Source of the DNA: an uncultured bacterium
Lineage (GTDB): Bacteria > Armatimonadota > Abditibacteriia > Abditibacteriales > Abditibacteriaceae
Direction of reading: 5' to 3'
Assembly: GCA_963843795.1 (NCBI GenBank)
Contig: CAWJLW010000006.1
Location: 1,178,001-1,242,000 of the forward strand
Length of the DNA: 64,000 nt
Positions 21,408 through 30,704 of the stretch are shown here, one piece after another. A model generated the notes under the pieces. That model saw nothing but the letters and a program-made list of their open reading frames with translations. It was not told the origin of the DNA and did no database searches. The stretch's first letter is position 1. Each line of letters opens with the position of its first letter. A program made the position numbers and the translations under genes.

Positions 21408-22294
21408 AAGACGCTTTTCAGCTTTTCGCTCAACAGCGCAAATTCTTGCAGAGATAAAGTTTCGCCGCGTCGTCGCGGATCAATTTCGCACGCATTTAAA
21501 ATTTCCTGCAACTGATCTTTGTCGCTCATGACCACACGCAGGGTATTCGCTAATTGTTTGCGGCGTTGTCCAAAAGCGGCTTTCACCACGCGCCAGAACC
21601 ATTTTTCATCCGCCAAATCCAACGAAGGTTTGGCTAACATTTGCAAATGCACCACGCTTGAAATTACGTTTGGAGGCGGCAAAAACGAGCCGGGCGCAAC
21701 ATCGAAAATGCGCTCGGCCTGCGAGTAGAGTTGTGCCATAATCGCCATCGGGCCATAGGCATTTTCGCCCGCTTGCGCTGTCAAACGGTCGGCGACTTCA
21801 CGCTGCACCATTAAAGTAGCGCTGCTCAAATGCGCGCGCCAATCTTCCAGCAACAAGCGCAAAATAGGTTTGGAAACTGAATACGGTAAATTCGCCACCA
21901 CTTTCACGTTTTTATCTGGCAAACCAAGTTCTTCCCACGCAACTTCCAAAGCATCGGCGGAAACGATGTGCAGCGAAGACAAAGGCAATTCGCGTCCTAA
22001 CAGTTCGATGAATTGCGGGTCTTTTTCAATGGCGACGACTTGCCCGACGCGGCGCGATAATTCGCAGGTGAGCGCGCCCAAGCCGGGGCCAATTTCCAGC
22101 ACGCTATCTGAATTTTGCAATTGCGCAATTCGAATGATGCGGTCGCGCGCGCCTCCGTTGACCAAAAAGTTTTGTCCCAATGTGCGGTTGGGCGCATGGC
22201 CCAATTCGCGCAAGATGCGTTTCACAGCGCGCTGCGAAACCGGATCGTAAGTAGAAGAAATCACGCGCACAGTATATCGGTCAAACTTAATCAA
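21404..22294 (-). CDS. rsmA: 16S rRNA adenine dimethyltransferase (start may be slightly downstream)
   Basis: LGQNFL, LEIGPGLGALT, VANLPY, MVQREVA, RRGETLS. Confidence 0.93.
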   Translation of the reverse strand: MIKFDRYTVRVISSTYDPVSQRAVKRILRELGHAPNRTLGQNFLVNGGARDRIIRIAQLQNSDSVLEIGPGLGALTCELSRRVGQVVAIEKDPQFIELLGRELPLSSLHIVSADALEVAWEELGLPDKNVKVVANLPYSVSKPILRLLLEDWRAHLSSATLMVQREVADRLTAQAGENAYGPMAIMAQLYSQAERIFDVAPGSFLPPPNVISSVVHLQMLAKPSLDLADEKWFWRVVKAAFGQRRKQLANTLRVVMSDKDQLQEILNACEIDPRRRGETLSLQEFALLSEKLKSVL

Positions 22295-22318
22295 TCACAG
22301 AATAAGAGGAAAGAAAAT

Positions 22319-23371
22319 ATGCAAGCAGCAGTGTTACATGGCGTGCGCGATTTGCGCGTCGAAGATGTGCCCGCGCCGGGTGCGCCACAGCCAGGCGAAG
22401 TGCAAATTCAAATCAACAAAGTCGGCATCTGTGGTTCGGATGTGCATTATTGGGAACACGGACGCATCGGCGATTTCGTTGTGCGCGAGCCGATGATTTT
22501 AGGACACGAATGTGCGGGAACAATTGTAGAAATCGGTGCAGGGGTGACCGATTTGAATGTAGGCGACCGTGTAGCGATTGAGCCGGGCGTGCCACGTTTA
22601 TCGACGCCCGCTTCGCATTTTTACATGAAGCGCGGCGAATACAATTTGTGCCCTGATATTTTCTTTTTCGCGACACCGCCCGATCACGGTTCGTTTTGCG
22701 ACCGCGTGAATCATCGCGCCGATTTTTGTTTTCGCTTGCCGGATGGTGTTTCGCTTGAAGCCGGAGCGATGATCGAGCCGCTTTCGACCGGCATTTACGC
22801 CGCTCGTGTCGCGCCGATTACGACTGGCGATTGCGTGGTGATTGCGGGCGCTGGGCCGATTGGATTGATGAATGTTCTCACAGCACGCGCGGCGGGCGCG
22901 ACTGAAATCATCGTTTCCGATATGGTCGAATCGCGCTTGGAAATGGCGCTGCAAATCGGTGCGACGCAAACGATTCGCGGCGATGCCGATGAACTCAAAA
23001 ATGCGGCACGTGAAGCGACGAATGGGCGCGGCGCAGATGTGGCGATTGAATGCGCCGGTCATCCCAGCGCTCTCAAGGCATGTATCGGTGCGTGTCGTGC
23101 GGGCGCGACGACGGTTTTGATTGGAATGCCAGCCGGCAATACGGCAGAAATTAATATCAACGATTTAATTGTGCGCGAAATCAAGTTGCGCCCGATTTTC
23201 CGTTACAACAACACGTTTCCAACCGGAGTCAATTTGCTGGCTTCGGGCCGCGTTGATGTCACGCCTTTAATTTCCAAGCGCTTTGAACTTAGCCAAGTGC
23301 CCGAAGCGTTTGAGTATGTGACTCAAAATCGTGAGACGTGTGTGAAAGCGATTGTGAATGTGAATGAATAG
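22319..23371 (+). CDS. Zn-dependent NAD polyol dehydrogenase (sorbitol/xylitol DH-like)
   Basis: GICGSDVHY, GHECAG, GDRVAIEPG, GAGPIG. Confidence 0.88.
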   Translation: MQAAVLHGVRDLRVEDVPAPGAPQPGEVQIQINKVGICGSDVHYWEHGRIGDFVVREPMILGHECAGTIVEIGAGVTDLNVGDRVAIEPGVPRLSTPASHFYMKRGEYNLCPDIFFFATPPDHGSFCDRVNHRADFCFRLPDGVSLEAGAMIEPLSTGIYAARVAPITTGDCVVIAGAGPIGLMNVLTARAAGATEIIVSDMVESRLEMALQIGATQTIRGDADELKNAAREATNGRGADVAIECAGHPSALKACIGACRAGATTVLIGMPAGNTAEININDLIVREIKLRPIFRYNNTFPTGVNLLASGRVDVTPLISKRFELSQVPEAFEYVTQNRETCVKAIVNVNE

Positions 23372-23423
23372 TTGTCTTGGTTAGAATGTGTCTGCAGGTA
23401 ATTGCAAACGAAAAGGAAACAAA

Positions 23424-23732
23424 GTGAACGAAAATACCAATGTTGCATTCATCGAAAGCGCCGCCGCATTCGCGCAGCAAAAAGCCACGCAAATGCACGC
23501 AGCCAGCGATGACCAAAGCCGCGACCGCGCGCTGGAACAATTAAATCGTGTGCTTACAGACATTGCGCGCGCCGCCAAAGGCGAACTGAGCGCGGATGAA
23601 GATGATGACGATCAAGGCGAAAACGAAGACGGCGAAATGGCCATTGATTGTTGTAGCCAGTGTTACATCAAATACGGCAACAATCCGCCCGCTTATCAAA
23701 ATTGCATCAATACCTGCAACCGTGCTTGTTAA
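23424..23732 (+). CDS. Small protein with acidic linker and 6-Cys C-terminal peptide
   Basis: RBS AAAGGA then GTG; ends IDCCSQCYIKYGNNPPAYQNCINTCNRAC; followed by a terminator. Confidence 0.65.
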   Translation: MNENTNVAFIESAAAFAQQKATQMHAASDDQSRDRALEQLNRVLTDIARAAKGELSADEDDDDQGENEDGEMAIDCCSQCYIKYGNNPPAYQNCINTCNRAC

Positions 23733-23749
23733 CTATTGTGTAGCGATGA

Positions 23750-23787
23750 AAAAGCCGCCGCGTTCTTTTAAGAACGTGGCGGCTTTT
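23750..23787. terminator. Bidirectional Rho-independent terminator
   Basis: AAAAGCCGCCGCGTTCTT-TT-AAGAACGTGGCGGCTTTT. Confidence 0.75.
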
Positions 23788-23817
23788 GATTTTAAGCGTT
23801 GCAAGTACTTGCGACGC

Positions 23818-26800
23818 TTAAAAACGCTGAATTGCGCCCACGCGCAGTCGGCGTCCGGGTTGTACGGTTTGCAAATACTGATAACTTTTGTCCAAAGCGT
23901 TGTTCACTTCCACGAACAACGTCGAACGCAAACCGAAGCGTTTGGCGGCGCGCAGATTAACAATCGTGGTGCCGCCGATAATCTGTGGCGTGGCTTGGCC
24001 AACATCGCGCAGTAGGCTGCTTTGATAAACCGCGTTAGCCTGCAACACGATTCCCTGGCGATTGAAATACTGCACGCCCAAAGCGCCGATGAAGTTGGGC
24101 AGTTCGACGAAGCGTCGGCTTGCGGTGCGGTCACGCGACGAATTATACAGGCCGCGCACGAAAAACGTGGTGTCGCGCGCCAACGTGCTTTCGTAGGACG
24201 CTTGCAAACCGCGCAAACGAGCCTGCGGTGCGATCTCGTTCCCAGTCAATGCGCCGTTGTTCAAATCGCGCTGAAATACGCCCGCTGTCAGAAGCGAAGC
24301 GTTGGCGAACGTATGATCGAACTCCAATTCCACGCTGCGTCCGCTACCAAAAGGATTGAAAAAGCTCGTATCGGGCAAACCGGCGAACGACAAGAAAAAC
24401 AGATCAGTAGGAGCCAGCAAACGAAAATCTTCCACTTCAAAGAACAAACGACGCGCGCGCAAACGCAATTCGCTATTACGTCCAGCTCGATAGTTCAATA
24501 CCAGATTGGGCACGCCGACCGTCTTTTCGCTCAAAGTTTGCGAATCGGGAAATTGCGGTTCGGTAATGCGCGATAACAATTGATATTTCACGCGTCGCAA
24601 GCCCATTTCTCCAATCACCTGCAAACGTTCGCTTGCCTGCCATTCATCGCGCACATAAAGCGATTGCTGGTCGATGTCGCTGAAATCCGTGCTGCGAAAA
24701 GCGAAGGGCGAGGAAATGTCGATATTGGTATCGCGCGAGCGTTTTCCGACCGATAAACCCGCTACCAAACGATGGCGCACGTTCCATTGCAAATCGTGAC
24801 GCAGTTCAAAGTTCGTGCTGCGAAATTCGGACAAACCGAGAAAGAAGGGATTGTCGGTCGGGCCATTTTTATCCGAAAGCTGAGCGCGATCTAACAATAG
24901 AACCCCGCGCGTACGCTGGCGGTCGTCGCGTTCGATGTTGAAGCCCAGCGTCGCGCGTTGTAAATCGTTGTTGAAGCGTGCTTGTTTTAAAAACGGGACA
25001 TCTTGCCCACCATTGTTCGATCCTTGACGCAAGTTTTCAAAATCGGCCAGCGCCCAGATGGACGACGGATTATTTTTGGCTTTTTGTCCGAACAGCAAGC
25101 CACCGCGATCAAAGTTGCGGTCGGCATTTTCGCGCACACCATTGGTTTGCTGACGCTCCAAGTTGCCACCGTAAATCGTGCGCCGGTCGTTGCTGATTTT
25201 GGCGTGCGTAATCGCGGTGTCGATGGAACTGTTTTCGCCGAAAATGATGCCCGCTTCGCTATCTCCATACGAACGCACAGCCGAACGCGCGACCGTCGGA
25301 TCGCCGCTAAAGCCTTGAATGCGCTGCTCGGCGCCGGGCATTTGCAAATTCTGCACGTTGCCCGAACTACCCGCGCTGCCGATGAATGCTGGGCCTTGCA
25401 AGTTGGGCGCGGTTTGCAACAAGGAACCCTGCGTTTTCTGGCGCACCACGCCCAGAGCGTAACGCGCGCGGTCGAATTGCGGGTCGCGCACGACTGCCAA
25501 ACGGAACTGCTGCTCGGCCTGAATCAAGCGTTCCTGCTCCAGATATACACGGCCCAACTGATAGTGTGCCGCTCCCGACAGCGGCAGCAAACGCACTGCA
25601 CGTTGCGCCCATTCCAGCGCTTGAGTCGGCTTCTGCTGATATAACGCGATTTCCGATAAACGAATGAAAATCTGCGCGATTGTGGGATCATCGCTGTTTT
25701 CTGGCACTAAGGCAAGTTCGCGTTGCGCAGCTTCTAGTTCGCCGTTTTCCAGCAGCAGTTGCGCGTAGTTGCCGCGCGCGAAAACATCGTCGGGCGCACC
25801 TGCAAGTACTTGCTGATACAATTCGCGCGCGGGTGCAATTTCCCCCTGTTTTTGCAACGCAATAGCGAGCAGCGTGGGTGCATCGCGATTGGATTTGTCC
25901 AAATTGCGCGCGATTTCCAACTGCGCCTGCGCTTTGGGCAACTGATCGAGTTCGATTAAAGCGCGCGCGTATTCGATGTGTGCCAGAGCCGATTGCGGAG
26001 CCAGAGCGACCGCGCGCGCAAACGCATCGCGACTGGGTCCCAGTTGTCGCTGGGCCAGCAAACTGCGCCCTTCCACAAGCGCCGCCAGTGGCGACAAGGG
26101 ATCCAGTTCACCCGCCCGTTTGGCCGCCCTTTGCGCACTTTTGTCATCACCACTGAAAAACGAAACCAGCGCCAGCACACTGCTGGTAAGCGCAGTATTT
26201 GGCTGCAAACGGGCGGCGTTTTGTGCCGAAGCCTGCGCCGGAGCGATTTGATTTTGTTGCAATTGCGCCAGAGCCAGATAAGCGTGCGCAGGCGCATAAT
26301 TGGCGTCGCGCTCGATAGCGTTTTGCAATTGCGTTGTCGCGCCTGCAAAATTGCCGTCGCGCAAATCTAGCCAGCCCAAGAGCGTTGCAGCGGCAGATGT
26401 CGGCACGCCGCCCAAAGTCGCGCGCGCACCATTGACATCGCCATTTTCAATTTGCGTTTTGGCGGTTTTAATTTGAAGATCATCGCCGCCAATCGCGTTT
26501 AAATCGAGCGGCAGAGGCAACTGGGTAATGTCGTTCGTCCACTGCAAAAAGCCGGTCACATCGACGCGCTGAGGTGGTGAGGGCGCTTGACCGGCAACCG
26601 CGATGCTGCGCTCGTTTTCTTGCACCAGCACATCGCCGAAGTTGTTGGAAAAATCGACATCGCCTTCATTGACAATCAGTTCGGTGATGTTTTCCTGCGG
26701 CAGGCGCACCAGAAATTGGGTGCCGCGCGCGGCGGCAATCGCGGCCATCGTGCGAATTTGCGTGTTGCCTTTGGGGCGCACGAACACTTCCGACAAGGCA

Positions 26801-27156
26801 CCGAAAACGCGAATCACCAACGGGCCGTTGCTGCCTTGCGGCGGCGCAATGGCAATTTGCGAGTTCGCCTTCATCGCCAGTTGAGTTCCGTTGGAAAACA
26901 AAATATCCGCGCTGCCACCATTTCCGGTGCGAATCACGTTGTTGTAGAATAGCGCGCCGCGCGCCTGAATCGCCACAAATGGTGCTTTGGCTTGAGATTG
27001 AACCTGCACCGTCGGGCGCACTTTTTTGAAGCGCGCGACCGGTAAAGCACGCACGGCTGGCATTAACATTGTGTGGCAGGCGCAAAGCAATGCCATCAGC
27101 AGCCCGGAGTTGCACTTGTAACGTGTTCGCCTGTCGGTTGCAAAAATCGCGTTCAT
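23818..27156 (-). CDS. FecR-domain + TPR + outer-membrane (TonB-receptor-like) beta-barrel protein
   Basis: FecR-like IRTGNGGSADILFSNG and AAARGTQF; many TPRs; alternating beta-strands; C-terminal QPGRRLRVGAIQRF. Confidence 0.72.
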   Translation of the reverse strand: MNAIFATDRRTRYKCNSGLLMALLCACHTMLMPAVRALPVARFKKVRPTVQVQSQAKAPFVAIQARGALFYNNVIRTGNGGSADILFSNGTQLAMKANSQIAIAPPQGSNGPLVIRVFGALSEVFVRPKGNTQIRTMAAIAAARGTQFLVRLPQENITELIVNEGDVDFSNNFGDVLVQENERSIAVAGQAPSPPQRVDVTGFLQWTNDITQLPLPLDLNAIGGDDLQIKTAKTQIENGDVNGARATLGGVPTSAAATLLGWLDLRDGNFAGATTQLQNAIERDANYAPAHAYLALAQLQQNQIAPAQASAQNAARLQPNTALTSSVLALVSFFSGDDKSAQRAAKRAGELDPLSPLAALVEGRSLLAQRQLGPSRDAFARAVALAPQSALAHIEYARALIELDQLPKAQAQLEIARNLDKSNRDAPTLLAIALQKQGEIAPARELYQQVLAGAPDDVFARGNYAQLLLENGELEAAQRELALVPENSDDPTIAQIFIRLSEIALYQQKPTQALEWAQRAVRLLPLSGAAHYQLGRVYLEQERLIQAEQQFRLAVVRDPQFDRARYALGVVRQKTQGSLLQTAPNLQGPAFIGSAGSSGNVQNLQMPGAEQRIQGFSGDPTVARSAVRSYGDSEAGIIFGENSSIDTAITHAKISNDRRTIYGGNLERQQTNGVRENADRNFDRGGLLFGQKAKNNPSSIWALADFENLRQGSNNGGQDVPFLKQARFNNDLQRATLGFNIERDDRQRTRGVLLLDRAQLSDKNGPTDNPFFLGLSEFRSTNFELRHDLQWNVRHRLVAGLSVGKRSRDTNIDISSPFAFRSTDFSDIDQQSLYVRDEWQASERLQVIGEMGLRRVKYQLLSRITEPQFPDSQTLSEKTVGVPNLVLNYRAGRNSELRLRARRLFFEVEDFRLLAPTDLFFLSFAGLPDTSFFNPFGSGRSVELEFDHTFANASLLTAGVFQRDLNNGALTGNEIAPQARLRGLQASYESTLARDTTFFVRGLYNSSRDRTASRRFVELPNFIGALGVQYFNRQGIVLQANAVYQSSLLRDVGQATPQIIGGTTIVNLRAAKRFGLRSTLFVEVNNALDKSYQYLQTVQPGRRLRVGAIQRF

Positions 27157-27310
27157 AATAAATATCCATTGTGTTGTGCTTTTGCGTTTTCACAAGATAA
27201 TATGCAATTACGTAAGTCTTCTTACAATTGTATTCATGTCGATGCCATTTCGCAACCGGAACACGCCACGTCAAGTGGCAAGTACTTGCCACAGGCCATG
27301 AATCACGTAG

Positions 27311-27351
27311 CACAAAACCGCCCGCAATTTAGAATTGCGGGCGGTTTTGTG
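27311..27351. terminator. Terminator hairpin
   Basis: CACAAAACCGCCCGCAATT-TAG-AATTGCGGGCGGTTTTGTG downstream of the minus-strand ORF. Confidence 0.7.
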
Positions 27352-27375
27352 GGCAAGTTTTCTTGGGAAAACTGT

Positions 27376-27723
27376 TTACTGGTCGGCGGGATCGCCATAC
27401 GGATCGGCGCTGGCAGGCAGCACATTGCCAAAACGCCCGCCTTCATTGGAATTATTGCCACCTTCTTGATCGGCGGGATCGCCATAGGGATCGGCGCTGG
27501 CGGGCAGCACGTTTCCATACTCTTGCTGATAGCGTTCGCCCTGATCGTAGTTGGGATTTGGATTATATTGCTGACCGCTTTGCTGCGCGTGCTGATTGAA
27601 CAAACCTTGCAACGCACCTAGAAGCGGATTGGAATCATAGCTGGGACCAGGCGTGTTGCTATCGGCGTGGGTGCCAATTGCTTTAGCGACCTGATTGAAA
27701 AGCATATCTAAGGGAAGTGACAT
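27376..27723 (-). CDS. Small hypothetical protein with a duplicated GNVLPASADPYGDPADQ motif
   Basis: 115-aa ORF, RBS GGAGG; repeat copies at about 27379-27429 and 27466-27516. Confidence 0.7.
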   Translation of the reverse strand: MSLPLDMLFNQVAKAIGTHADSNTPGPSYDSNPLLGALQGLFNQHAQQSGQQYNPNPNYDQGERYQQEYGNVLPASADPYGDPADQEGGNNSNEGGRFGNVLPASADPYGDPADQ

Positions 27724-27773
27724 GATGAGCCTCCTGCAACTTGAGGTTGCGGTTTACAAATTCAGGTGGGCCA

Positions 27774-28286
27774 TTAGCCCATCGGAATCAAGCCTTTGAA
27801 ATCGGAACGACCATTGGTGTTGTTGTTGTAGCCGCTAAACTGTTCGATATTCATGTTCTGAAGTTCGTCTTGCGGCACCATGAACGCGTTTTGCTGCGTT
27901 GGCGGCGTGACATAAATGGCTTGTTTGGTTTTGGGATCGCGATAATAGATGCGACCATTTTTCGATTGATAATATTGCACTCCCTGAGGAAGTGGCTGGT
28001 TCTTGGCATCGCGATTCTTTTTGTACATGTAATACAATGCGGCTGCGCCAGCCAGAGCGATCATTTTTTTCTGGCCGCTGCTCAGACCCGGCTTGTTAGC
28101 CTGCATATTACCCCCGGGCGCCATCGGCGCTTCACCACGCGTGGCGTCCAATGGCGGCGCGGAGGCTTGATTGCTATTGCCACCGCAACCAGCGATCATC
28201 GGCGCGATAAGCGAAGCGCTCAAAAGCAAAGCGATGGGACGTTGTCCGATCCAGCGCGAACGCAGGGAATTAGGGGAATGATTCAT
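27774..28286 (-). CDS. Putative lipoprotein
   Basis: Lipobox-like MIAGC after a hydrophobic stretch; YYQSKNGRIYYRDPKTKQ. Confidence 0.65.
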   Translation of the reverse strand: MNHSPNSLRSRWIGQRPIALLLSASLIAPMIAGCGGNSNQASAPPLDATRGEAPMAPGGNMQANKPGLSSGQKKMIALAGAAALYYMYKKNRDAKNQPLPQGVQYYQSKNGRIYYRDPKTKQAIYVTPPTQQNAFMVPQDELQNMNIEQFSGYNNNTNGRSDFKGLIPMG

Positions 28287-28565
28287 TTTAACTCCAGAGA
28301 AATCGAAAATTGGTGTGGAATGGGAAGTGGAAGTTGGGTGGGAAAGGTGCGCTACGCCTTCGAATTGCAAACTTAATGCCGCGCGCTTGTTTATCCGTCT
28401 TGTTCATCTGTGCAAGTACTTGCAGCATTGTGTGGCACACGAATTATGAGGAGAGTCTAGATCGTAGTTACACAACTTCTTTAGCGCGTCTCTTTCTCGC
28501 CAAAAGGGGCCGCATGCTAAAATAAAAGTAGCGCTAGGCTTTATGTGTTGCGCTTTGTTCTCATT

Positions 28566-29540
28566 ATGAATTCATTCAATCCAAACTCATCTGAATCTTC
28601 TGGCTCGACTTTGCGCAATGTCGCTCGTGTTGGCCTTGTTGGGGCGGGCGCACTGACGGCTTTCAATGCGGCGCTGTTTGCCAATGCGCCCGCGCCTTCG
28701 CATTGGCTGGGCGGCAGCTTTGAGCGTTATCCGGCGCGTCAGGGCGACATCGCGTTTTGCGTGCATGGCAGCGGTTCACCAATTCTACTGCTGCACGGCT
28801 TCGGGGCTGGCAATTCGATGTGGGAATGGCAGAATAACGTCGAAGCTCTGGCCCAAAATCACACGGTTTACGCTCTGGATTTTCCCGGTTGGGGTCTGTC
28901 GGACAAGCCGCGTCTGCGCCACGATTGCGCCGAATATATTGAACTGGTTCAAAACTTTTTGCGCGATATCGTGCGCGAACCGTGTGCGGTTATCGCTTCC
29001 AGCCAAGCGTGCAATATCGCTATCGAAGTCGCCGCGCACCAGCCAAAAAGTGTTTCGAAACTGGTTCTGGTCTGTCCGTCTCCACCGCATGAAGACGGCG
29101 AATCGTTAACGCAAATTGCGCTGCGTTCGCTGTTGAAAGTGCCCGGCTTGAACACCAGTTTGTATCTGGCGATTTCATCATATAAAGGCATCGAAAGTTT
29201 TTGTCAGCGCGAACTGTTCTGGGATAAACGCTTCGTTGATGAAAAAATGGTGCGCAAATACTATACAAACGCGCATCAATATGATGCGCCTCATGGCGTG
29301 TTTTCGTTTCTGGAAGGCCGTTTCGATTGTGATACGCGTGCGGCGTGGTCGAGTTTGGAACAACCGGCGCTGTTGATATGGGGCCGACACGCGCGCTTGA
29401 GCGGACTGGAATGTGCCCCAGAATGGCTGGCGATGAAGCCGGACGCGCGGCTGCATGTCGTTGATATGGCAATGTTGTTGCCTCACGTCGAGCGAGCCGA
29501 CGATTGGAACCACGCCGCGCTCGAATTTCTCGATGCCTGA
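28566..29540 (+). CDS. Alpha/beta hydrolase fold protein
   Basis: LLLHGFG, YALDFPGWGLSDKP, LLIWG, LPHVE. Confidence 0.85.
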   Translation: MNSFNPNSSESSGSTLRNVARVGLVGAGALTAFNAALFANAPAPSHWLGGSFERYPARQGDIAFCVHGSGSPILLLHGFGAGNSMWEWQNNVEALAQNHTVYALDFPGWGLSDKPRLRHDCAEYIELVQNFLRDIVREPCAVIASSQACNIAIEVAAHQPKSVSKLVLVCPSPPHEDGESLTQIALRSLLKVPGLNTSLYLAISSYKGIESFCQRELFWDKRFVDEKMVRKYYTNAHQYDAPHGVFSFLEGRFDCDTRAAWSSLEQPALLIWGRHARLSGLECAPEWLAMKPDARLHVVDMAMLLPHVERADDWNHAALEFLDA

Positions 29541-29661
29541 AGCTCTGCAAGTACTTGCTACAATCTTTCGCAGCCGGGGCATTTTCGGAGTTTTGACGCC
29601 CATGATGCCGCTTACATCGCCCCACTATTTGCCCTCGCCCGTTCGTAATTTTAATCGTCCC

Positions 29662-30465
29662 ATGTCAATTGTGCCGCCCGACTCACTTTCAGACGAATCG
29701 CTTGCCAGCGATGCTCAGGCTACGGCGCAATCCACGCCGCCGGCCAAACATCGCCCAGAAGCCTTTGTGCAACAGGTGCGGGGTTCGGCGCACGATATTA
29801 ACAACGCGCTCACCATTGTCGTTGGCTACGCACAGTTGCTGGAAACTCAGCCCGATTTGCCGCCGCATTTGGTGCGACAGGTTCAAGCGTTGTTGCACGA
29901 GGCCACGCGCGCCGTTGGTCAAACCGAACATTTGCTACAAATTTCTTCGTGGAATGAGGAGCAGGCCAGTTCCGCGCTCGACGCCGCGAAAAATTCCTCT
30001 CCGACATATACCGAATCTTACGCCGACCCTGTCGCCATCAATCTGGTCAGCGAGCGTGCAGGCGAAGGGGCACTTTCAACTTCCCAGACTGCGGCGGGCG
30101 CAGAAATTTTGGTGGTGGATGATGAAGAACCGATTATTACCCTCATCAGCGAAATTCTCGCTGCCGATGGTCATCGCGTGACGCCAGCGTTCAACGGTGC
30201 CGAAGCGATTGCATGGACCCAAATGCGCGACTTCGATTTAATTATTTCCGATGTGCGGATGCCCGCTGTCGGAGGTCCGGCCTTCTTCGAGATTTTGCAA
30301 AATTCGCGGCCCGATTTATTGGAGCGCGTAGTTTTCGTCACGGGCGACACTGTTTCGGGTTCGACGCGCCAATTTTTGCACAACGTCAATCGACCCGTGC
30401 TGGCTAAACCTTTCGATCCCGAACGCTTGCGCTCTTTAGTTGATGAACTTTTAGCGCAAAAATGA
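29662..30465 (+). CDS. HisKA-like phosphoacceptor fused to a receiver domain, no HATPase domain
   Basis: AHDINNALTIVVGYAQLL; ILVVDDE, IISDVRMP, FVTG, LAKPF. Confidence 0.75.
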   Translation: MSIVPPDSLSDESLASDAQATAQSTPPAKHRPEAFVQQVRGSAHDINNALTIVVGYAQLLETQPDLPPHLVRQVQALLHEATRAVGQTEHLLQISSWNEEQASSALDAAKNSSPTYTESYADPVAINLVSERAGEGALSTSQTAAGAEILVVDDEEPIITLISEILAADGHRVTPAFNGAEAIAWTQMRDFDLIISDVRMPAVGGPAFFEILQNSRPDLLERVVFVTGDTVSGSTRQFLHNVNRPVLAKPFDPERLRSLVDELLAQK

Positions 30466-30542
30466 GTCGCGGCATGCGGCAAGTACCTGCCGCATCCAAT
30501 TTGCCGAGGTTTTTCTGCTACCGAAATAATGTCTGCAAAATT

Positions 30543-30586
30543 ACCACAACCGCCCGCTGCAAGTACTTGCAGCGGGCGGTTGTGGT
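30543..30586. repeat. 44-bp perfect palindrome centred on the iterated motif
   Basis: ACCACAACCGCCCGCTGCAAGT/ACTTGCAGCGGGCGGTTGTGGT. Confidence 0.9.
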
Positions 30587-30704
30587 TTGAATTGCTGCGG
30601 TTTTGGGTATTCAAGTACTTGCCCATCGGCTTTAGCTAATTCGATTAAACTGCGCTTCTCTCCCAACAAAAAGTGTTATTCATTTAGTTCGGTTCTTTAC
30701 TTTT

